Program-made: the position numbers and the translations under genes
Notes under the pieces: model-generated
The model's database searches: none
Seen by the model: the letters and a program-made list of their open reading frames with translations, nothing else
What the model was told of the DNA's origin: nothing
Part shown: positions 58,759-64,000 of the stretch, piece by piece
How the letters are laid out: each line of letters starts with the position of its first letter
Numbering within the stretch: the stretch's first letter is position 1
From: an uncultured bacterium
GTDB taxonomy: Bacteria; Bacillota_I; Bacilli_A; RFN20; CAG-826
Length of the DNA: 64,000 nucleotides
Direction of reading: 5' to 3'
NCBI GenBank assembly: GCA_949283025.1
Contig: CASDRB010000012.1
Location: 197,384 to 261,383 of the forward strand

Positions 58759-61260
58759 CTATTTTGGAACAACTTGCAAGAAGTAATTTTTACGCACGAT
58801 AAATGGATTTTCCACATAATCTTGATATGCAACATACTCACCTGTAACAACATCTTGTAGACGTTTACCTTTTTGATCATAGTATTTAAGGAGTTGCTCA
58901 AAAGTTACTATATTGCCGCTAACTCCAATTTCAGATGGAATAGTCAATCCTGCTTGCCTGACATAATTATCGGTTCCTAAAATTGGTGTTTCTAAATAAT
59001 AATAGTCTTCGCAACGATATGAATACCTGCTAGTATCTAAATAATTTGAGCCCACTTCTAATATTTGTCCACCAAAATCATCTGGATCATAAATGTTAAC
59101 AAAGATGTTATGCAGACGATATGTCCAAATATCGACTGAATTTGGTATGTTATTTATATCATAATTTATGATTGTATATATGTTATATGTTCCAGTAACT
59201 TTAAATCTGATTAACTTAACATTATTATAAACAGCGTTCCATTCAGCAGAACCTTTACCCCACTCTGCAAGAGATTTTAATTCACTTGGGGCTCCATTAT
59301 TGTATGTTCTAACTTTGATACGTCTTAAATCTTCTGTATATAAAGTATTTCCGTCCACCGAAGTATATTTTCCATCCATTACATCTTGCAAAGATACCAA
59401 ATATTTTTTTGAAGAATAAACTTCTTCTATTTCATTACCATTGATATCTTTGTACTTATACACCGGTGCGTCATATTTCAAATTAGGATCCAAAGAGTCA
59501 GTAAATTCAGAATCATTAGGATTAGTATTATCTTGTCCATATAACTTTTGATCATATATTGTATTTTGGTCTAAAGCCACTTGAATGGCAAAATAATAAG
59601 CTGGTATCAAATATTGCCTTCTTGGAGTTCCATCATCATTATAAAAAGTATAATCAATATATTTTAATGTTGGATCATTATCATTACTAGGAACATTGAC
59701 TGTTCTATTTCTTAATTCATAACTTCTTAAAAGGGTACCGCTAGTGCCTTGTCTTGTAAAATTTAATTTATAAGATTGAGGATTATTATAATCAAGAGCT
59801 AAAGATGAACCACCGATAACCCTAGGCTCATAAACTCTTTCAACAACGATATATGTGCCACGTATGTTTCCTTCATAAGCGAATGTATTTGATAAATCTG
59901 TTTTATAAGATTCATAAATATAAATTCCATCATTTCTTAACATGCTATCAATATAGTCAATTTGATCGCCAGTAAAATTGCCATTCTCATAATAATTATC
60001 GTAATATTGGTTGCCTGTATCATAAGATTCTTTTACAAAAAAGTAAATATTATATCTTCCTATCTGATCATTTAAAGGAAAATCTGAGAAAATATTTCTT
60101 GAATGTTCATTGCCCGCCCAAGAACTACCATAACAGTTGATATCATTTCTTATAATATACTTGCCAACGACAGAATCACTATTTAAATTTGATTCATTAA
60201 TTAAAAGATTTGTATAACGATACGCCTCATATTTTATACCATAATAGTATGTTTTTAATTGGGGTAGCCAATCAACCCATTCCCATACATCATAGCTGCT
60301 TTCTTTTACTCCTGCAAAAGAGGCATTTTTTTGTAATGTGTCACTAAACTCTTTGTCGTAAGAAAAATTTAAAGAACCGCTATTGGTAAAAATTTCTACA
60401 CATTCTTTTAAATTATCTTTATTTCCAGCATCATATGAATAATTATCTTTTCCAGTCGAATACATAGGATAAAAAACTATTGTTTTTCTTCCATCAATCG
60501 TAATAGCGCAATCATTATAAATGCTCAATAACGTATTAAAACGAGCAAGTTCGGTAGTAGTAGAATACGATCCTGCTACATAATGATAACCATTAGCATC
60601 ACTTGGCGTTTTCCCACTTCTTTTATATGTATTGCCATCATAAGATAGGCCCCAGCCCATAAAATTTAAATAATAAAATTTATTATCATTAACTTCAGAA
60701 CTTCTATCTAGTAACCCGCACTTCAAATCACTATTATTTTTAGAATTTACAGGTAAAACATTTGGATTACTTAAATCATCGAGCATGCCGTTAGTCACTT
60801 CTGCAACATTACGATAAATTCTTGGTCCAATATAACAATTATTCACAATATAATTACTTTGTGTGGATTCATCTGGCCAATTTGTTTCATCATAAATCCA
60901 TTTCCCATAATATCCTTGTGCTTCTTGTTGGCCTTCTGGGATGTAAACCCATAGTGAATCATTGCTTTTATATTCGTTTGTTCCACCTTCAACTGGAGTT
61001 AATTTACTAGTTATGTCAACATTTTGAGCTAAAAACACAACATCATAATATTCAACATCGTTAACAACAACATCGCTTTCTTCACCAAAAGTTTGGTTGG
61101 CTCTTATTGCATCTCCAATTGGTGATGCTTGTTCAGAAATATTAAAATTATTAGCAAAATAAAAGGTGGAATATGCTGTTGTTACAACCATGCCCAATGC
61201 ACCGACAACTAAAAACGATGCAATGATAGGTTTTTTGAAAAAACTTTTAATATTCATCAT
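58759..61260 (-). CDS. Large secreted/surface protein (833 aa) with a SipW-cognate-like signal peptide
   Basis: 'KKPIIASFLVVGALGMVVTTAYSTFYFANNFN' (compare TasA 'GGGTWAAFND'). Tyr/Asn/Gly-rich. Its ATG overlaps the stop of the upstream small paralog (TAATG). Confidence 0.4.
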   Translation of the reverse strand: MMNIKSFFKKPIIASFLVVGALGMVVTTAYSTFYFANNFNISEQASPIGDAIRANQTFGEESDVVVNDVEYYDVVFLAQNVDITSKLTPVEGGTNEYKSNDSLWVYIPEGQQEAQGYYGKWIYDETNWPDESTQSNYIVNNCYIGPRIYRNVAEVTNGMLDDLSNPNVLPVNSKNNSDLKCGLLDRSSEVNDNKFYYLNFMGWGLSYDGNTYKRSGKTPSDANGYHYVAGSYSTTTELARFNTLLSIYNDCAITIDGRKTIVFYPMYSTGKDNYSYDAGNKDNLKECVEIFTNSGSLNFSYDKEFSDTLQKNASFAGVKESSYDVWEWVDWLPQLKTYYYGIKYEAYRYTNLLINESNLNSDSVVGKYIIRNDINCYGSSWAGNEHSRNIFSDFPLNDQIGRYNIYFFVKESYDTGNQYYDNYYENGNFTGDQIDYIDSMLRNDGIYIYESYKTDLSNTFAYEGNIRGTYIVVERVYEPRVIGGSSLALDYNNPQSYKLNFTRQGTSGTLLRSYELRNRTVNVPSNDNDPTLKYIDYTFYNDDGTPRRQYLIPAYYFAIQVALDQNTIYDQKLYGQDNTNPNDSEFTDSLDPNLKYDAPVYKYKDINGNEIEEVYSSKKYLVSLQDVMDGKYTSVDGNTLYTEDLRRIKVRTYNNGAPSELKSLAEWGKGSAEWNAVYNNVKLIRFKVTGTYNIYTIINYDINNIPNSVDIWTYRLHNIFVNIYDPDDFGGQILEVGSNYLDTSRYSYRCEDYYYLETPILGTDNYVRQAGLTIPSEIGVSGNIVTFEQLLKYYDQKGKRLQDVVTGEYVAYQDYVENPFIVRKNYFLQVVPK

Positions 61261-61865
61261 TATCCCACCCTTTCATAAGTTATGTTTAAAGTTAAGGTTA
61301 CTTTTTCATCTTTATACAAATTTAATTGTTCAAGCATCGTAACAAACTTAGCGGATGAATCTGGTTTCATACCGCTTTTGTAACGAAATAAAGGTGTTAA
61401 TGTATAAGTTTTTGTTCCTGCAGTTAAATCAACATTTAAAAATCCTTCTTGATTTTCAACAAATTCAGCATATGTATTGAAAGCAATATTATTTCCAACA
61501 TCAAATCCTAATTGATATTTGAAATCATAACCGCTCAAATTTGCATAATCATCACCTAAAGAACCTTCGGCAATAGGATTAAAATCAAACACGAGATTTG
61601 GAACAAAATTAACACCAACATCTTCATTGCCTATTTCATTGTCTCCGCCTTGTTCAAAAACAATGCGATAGTTTTCATATCCTAATGTAGTTGGACCAAT
61701 TAGGTTTATTTCTCCTAATTCGCATTTAGTAGCAATGGTTATTCCAAATGCTATTTGATCGTTTTGGGTTTGGTTAGTAAAAATCCATGCTCCAAATCCA
61801 GCAGTTACAACTGTAGCAAAAGAAATAAGCGGAACAAAAAGTTGTGCTAAAAAACGTTTAAACAT
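61260..61865 (-). CDS. Secreted protein with SipW-cognate signal peptide. Paralog 4 of 5.
   Basis: 201 aa. 'LFVPLISFATVVTAGFGAWIFTNQTQND'. The shared block 'FEQGGDNEIGNEDVGVNF' corresponds to 'YTGETGGEDLNFGITF' in paralog 2. Confidence 0.45.
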   Translation of the reverse strand: MFKRFLAQLFVPLISFATVVTAGFGAWIFTNQTQNDQIAFGITIATKCELGEINLIGPTTLGYENYRIVFEQGGDNEIGNEDVGVNFVPNLVFDFNPIAEGSLGDDYANLSGYDFKYQLGFDVGNNIAFNTYAEFVENQEGFLNVDLTAGTKTYTLTPLFRYKSGMKPDSSAKFVTMLEQLNLYKDEKVTLTLNITYERVG

Positions 61866-61901
61866 CTTATTTATTTATATATTTATTTCTAAACTATATT
61901 A

Positions 61902-62525
61902 TTATTTGTCTGTCCAAGTAGCTGTAACAGTCACTGTTAAAGTAAATTTTTTGCTATTTAATGCAGTAACCATGGCATCATATTCTGTTTTGTCAGCTGG
62001 TTTATCAACATATGTCCAAGTTAATGGCACACTAGACCATTTATGAATGGTCCCAGAACTCATTGTGCCAGCATTATAATTATCAACAACGACATCACTA
62101 GCACTTTCTTTTGCAAGTCCATTAGTTAAATCAAAATAAGTTGTGACATTATCAGTTGAACTAATAGCAACTGTATAAGAAAGTGTCAATTTGCTATTTG
62201 TAAGTAATTCTTGTAAACCACCAACTGTTTCATATGAAACTTTAATATCATAAGAAGTTACGGTGGATTTTATTCCTTCACTTGCAATACTAGCATTAGC
62301 AATACCGCCTTGATCTAAAGTTAAATTAACTGCGGTTAAATCGTTATCAGTATCAACTTCCTTTATTTCTACTTTCAACTTATCAACTACCGGGGTAATA
62401 CTGAAAGTTCCACTAAGCGTATCAGTAACTGAGGTATCACTAAATACCCAAGCAGAAAAACCTGAACCGACCACGACAGCTGCTCCTAAAACAGGTAGCA
62501 TGAAATTATAAAATTTTTTATGCAT
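61902..62525 (-). CDS. Secreted protein with SipW-cognate signal peptide. Paralog 5 of 5 and first gene of module B.
   Basis: 207 aa. 'MLPVLGAAVVVGSGFSAWVFSDTSVTD'. Strong RBS AAGGAGGG. Confidence 0.45.
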   Translation of the reverse strand: MHKKFYNFMLPVLGAAVVVGSGFSAWVFSDTSVTDTLSGTFSITPVVDKLKVEIKEVDTDNDLTAVNLTLDQGGIANASIASEGIKSTVTSYDIKVSYETVGGLQELLTNSKLTLSYTVAISSTDNVTTYFDLTNGLAKESASDVVVDNYNAGTMSSGTIHKWSSVPLTWTYVDKPADKTEYDAMVTALNSKKFTLTVTVTATWTDK

Positions 62526-62645
62526 AACAAATCCCTCCTTCTAAAGAAAAATGCACAAAACCTTATCGGTGTATATATATTAAGATAAAGATACAAAAAA
62601 ATACAAAAACCGCATTTTTGTCGTGTATTTATATGATTTTTGTGG

Positions 62646-62674
62646 ATTATAGTTAAGGAAAAATATACATTTAA
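62646..62674 (-). promoter_or_regulatory. Putative sigma-A promoter of fibre module B (minus strand)
   Basis: On the minus strand: TTAAAT (plus 62669-62674), a 17-nt spacer, then TATAAT (plus 62646-62651), about 120 nt upstream of ATG 62525. Confidence 0.3.
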
Positions 62675-62714
62675 TCTATTATTTTGTATTTTTTCCACAA
62701 AAAATTAAAAATAA

Positions 62715-62727
62715 CCCCCCCCCCCCC
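62715..62727. repeat. Homopolymeric C13 (G13 on the minus strand) tract in the upstream region of fibre module B
   Basis: A 13-nt poly-C run in a genome of about 28% GC. It lies 41 nt upstream of the putative -35 and about 190 nt upstream of the first start codon of the minus-strand operon. Confidence 0.9.
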
Positions 62728-62850
62728 GAAATTTTTAAAAGTTTTCATACTTTTTTTAAAAAAAGTTCAATTATTTCTATTTTTTACAACGAAATTCGAT
62801 TATTTTATAGACATTTTTGACCAAAATGTAATTTTATATTATACAAAAAA

Positions 62851-62878
62851 ACACAGCATAAACGCTGTGCAAAAAAAC
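62851..62878. terminator. Hairpin terminator (bidirectional) downstream of the Zn-ribbon membrane protein gene
   Basis: Stem cacagc / gctgtg with loop ataaac, flanked by A-runs on both sides on the plus strand. Confidence 0.35.
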
Positions 62879-62896
62879 AACAAAAAACGCTTTTTA

Positions 62897-63286
62897 TTAG
62901 AAAAATGCAATAGCATTAGTAATACTAGGTAAAATCAAAATTCCATAAATTACTGACCAGACAATGCTTAAAACAAAGCCAATTAACGCACCAATACCAG
63001 CGGCTTTTGCTTTGGCTGGTTCACTTTTCAACCATACACAAAATAAAATTAATCCTGCTAGTGGAATAAAAAATCCTAATATCCCCCATCCGATAGCACT
63101 AGAATTGCTAACAGAAGATGTTGAGTTATTATAATTAGGTGTTGCATTTTGTTGAGGCTGTGGTTGATTAACAGTTGGTTGAGGTTCTACTTCTGGTTGA
63201 GAAGAATCAACAAGCGTAGCACCACAAAATGTACAAAATTTAGCACTATCATCTACTTCACGACCGCATTTTGGACAAATTTTCAT
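62897..63286 (-). CDS. Membrane protein with N-terminal zinc-ribbon, Pro/Gln-rich linker and C-terminal 2-TM domain
   Basis: 129 aa. 'CPKCGREVDDSAKFCTFCG', a Pro/Gln/Asn-rich low-complexity linker, then two hydrophobic helices. Confidence 0.45.
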   Translation of the reverse strand: MKICPKCGREVDDSAKFCTFCGATLVDSSQPEVEPQPTVNQPQPQQNATPNYNNSTSSVSNSSAIGWGILGFFIPLAGLILFCVWLKSEPAKAKAAGIGALIGFVLSIVWSVIYGILILPSITNAIAFF

Positions 63287-63443
63287 TGCTATTTTTTCTC
63301 CTTTTATACATTATTAATAATATTATATTCGTTTAAAAATATAAATTAAATAAACAAAACGACAATAAAATGTATTTTGATAAATATTTTTTCTTTGCTA
63401 ATCCTAATACATTGTTTATACTAAAAACGAAAGGGGAATATAT

Positions 63444-63653
63444 ATGTCTAACAAATCAAGACTAGCGGCTTTATTGCTTTGCTTTTTCTTAGGCGGAATC
63501 GGTGTCCATCGTTTTTATGTTGGTAAAATTGGCACAGGTATTTTATGGCTCTTTACTGGCGGATGCTTTGGCATTGGTGTTATCGTCGACTTTATCATGA
63601 TTGCTGTTGGTGCATTCAAAGATAAAGCAGGAAATGTCATTAGCAAATGGTAA
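63444..63653 (+). CDS. TM2-domain membrane protein
   Basis: 69 aa. 'GGIGVHRFYVGKIGTGILWLFTGGCFGIGVIVD' matches the TM2 domain consensus. RBS AAAGGGGAA. Followed by a terminator. Confidence 0.7.
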   Translation: MSNKSRLAALLLCFFLGGIGVHRFYVGKIGTGILWLFTGGCFGIGVIVDFIMIAVGAFKDKAGNVISKW

Positions 63654-63683
63654 TTTAGTTAATTAAATTACTTTAAAATAAAA

Positions 63684-63708
63684 CTGCCCAGTTGATGGGC
63701 AGTTTTTT
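63684..63708 (+). terminator. Rho-independent terminator
   Basis: Stem ctgccca / tgggcag with loop gttga, followed by tttttt. Confidence 0.7.
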
Positions 63709-63721
63709 AAATCCACAATTA

Positions 63722-64000
63722 ATTAAGATTCTAAATAAAACGCGAATGAATTTAATGCGACTGTAAAATATTTTCCAATAAAATTGCTATCAAACGCAAT
63801 TCTAACATACTGTATTTGGTTTTCAAATTTAATGTCTTTTCTTGATAGACCTTTAGCGTTTGCATCAGCAGCAAATTCTTCCGTCCAATCTTGAGCTAAA
63901 TCCCATGTTATTCCATCACTTGAAGTATATATTAGTGCTTTATAAAACTTTGATTGAATATTTGAAATTTGATTTTCAAATAAAGCACCATAAGTAAATG
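63722..64000 (-). CDS. 3' end of a hypothetical CDS that continues beyond the right edge of the window
   Basis: The reverse-strand frame is open from the window edge to TAA (plus-strand tta at 63722-63724). The encoded C-terminus is ...GITWDLAQDWTEEFAADANAKGLSRKDIKFENQIQYVRIAFDSNFIGKYFTVALNSFAFYLES. No start codon lies in the window. Confidence 0.3.

Noticed and set aside
62684-62932. 82-aa plus-strand ORF (MYFFHKKLKITPPPPKF...) spanning the poly-C tract
   Set aside because: The PPPP stretch is simply the translation of the C13 homopolymer. There is no RBS, and the ORF lies in the promoter/terminator region between minus-strand genes. It is an artefact of the six-frame translation.

Overview
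This is a 64 kb window from a low-GC (roughly 28-30%) Gram-positive-type genome. It uses the standard genetic code: TGA is a stop (for example at 30992-30994) and long ORFs are intact. Lipoprotein signal peptides of the LxxC type are common and many enzymes are typical of anaerobes (flavodiiron protein, rubredoxin, Fe-ADH, PreTA, an RnfC-like fragment). This fits an Erysipelotrichia or Acholeplasma-like member of the Bacillota/Mycoplasmatota. No rRNA, tRNA, CRISPR array, transposase or integrase was seen.

The first 28 kb is ordinary metabolism, in this order: acyl-CoA synthetase, flavorubredoxin-type flavodiiron protein, an overlapping PAP2/GT2 pair, an FGGY kinase, a P-loop kinase, preT-preA, an ATP-grasp protein, an aldo-keto reductase, a cold-shock protein, a MATE-like transporter, a galactose/melibiose divergon (galK divergent from GPH transporter-GH36 alpha-galactosidase-galM-galT), GH1 and GH13 glycosidases, and a TetR/flavodoxin-ferredoxin/SDR trio.

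From 28.3 kb to 62.5 kb the window is an accessory region dominated by cell-surface and secreted proteins. Its most striking content is three iterated modules. Each pairs small (about 200-260 aa) paralogous secreted proteins carrying TasA/camelysin-style 'SipW-cognate' N-terminal signal peptides (five paralogs in total) with a very large secreted protein (758-833 aa). Two of the three modules also carry a Sec11/SipW-type (S26B) signal peptidase with unusual extra transmembrane and cytoplasmic extensions. I read this as a candidate TasA-like fibre or surface-appendage biogenesis system.

The plus-strand module (28354-40110) additionally carries a membrane-anchored McrB-like AAA_5 NTPase with a Zn-ribbon partner, a NosDFY-like ABC transporter with a beta-helix partner, and a lipoprotein with five internal repeats plus a Listeria-Bacteroides repeat. 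The minus-strand 22 kb unit carries a lipoprotein amylase/pullulanase starch-degradation operon, a surface-anchored endonuclease I with Big_2 domains, Fe-ADH, a ZIP transporter and MazG.

A 13-nt poly-C tract lies in the promoter region of one fibre module and is a candidate phase-variation switch. An alternating purine/pyrimidine GC palindrome lies between the fibre-subunit genes and the peptidase gene of another module.
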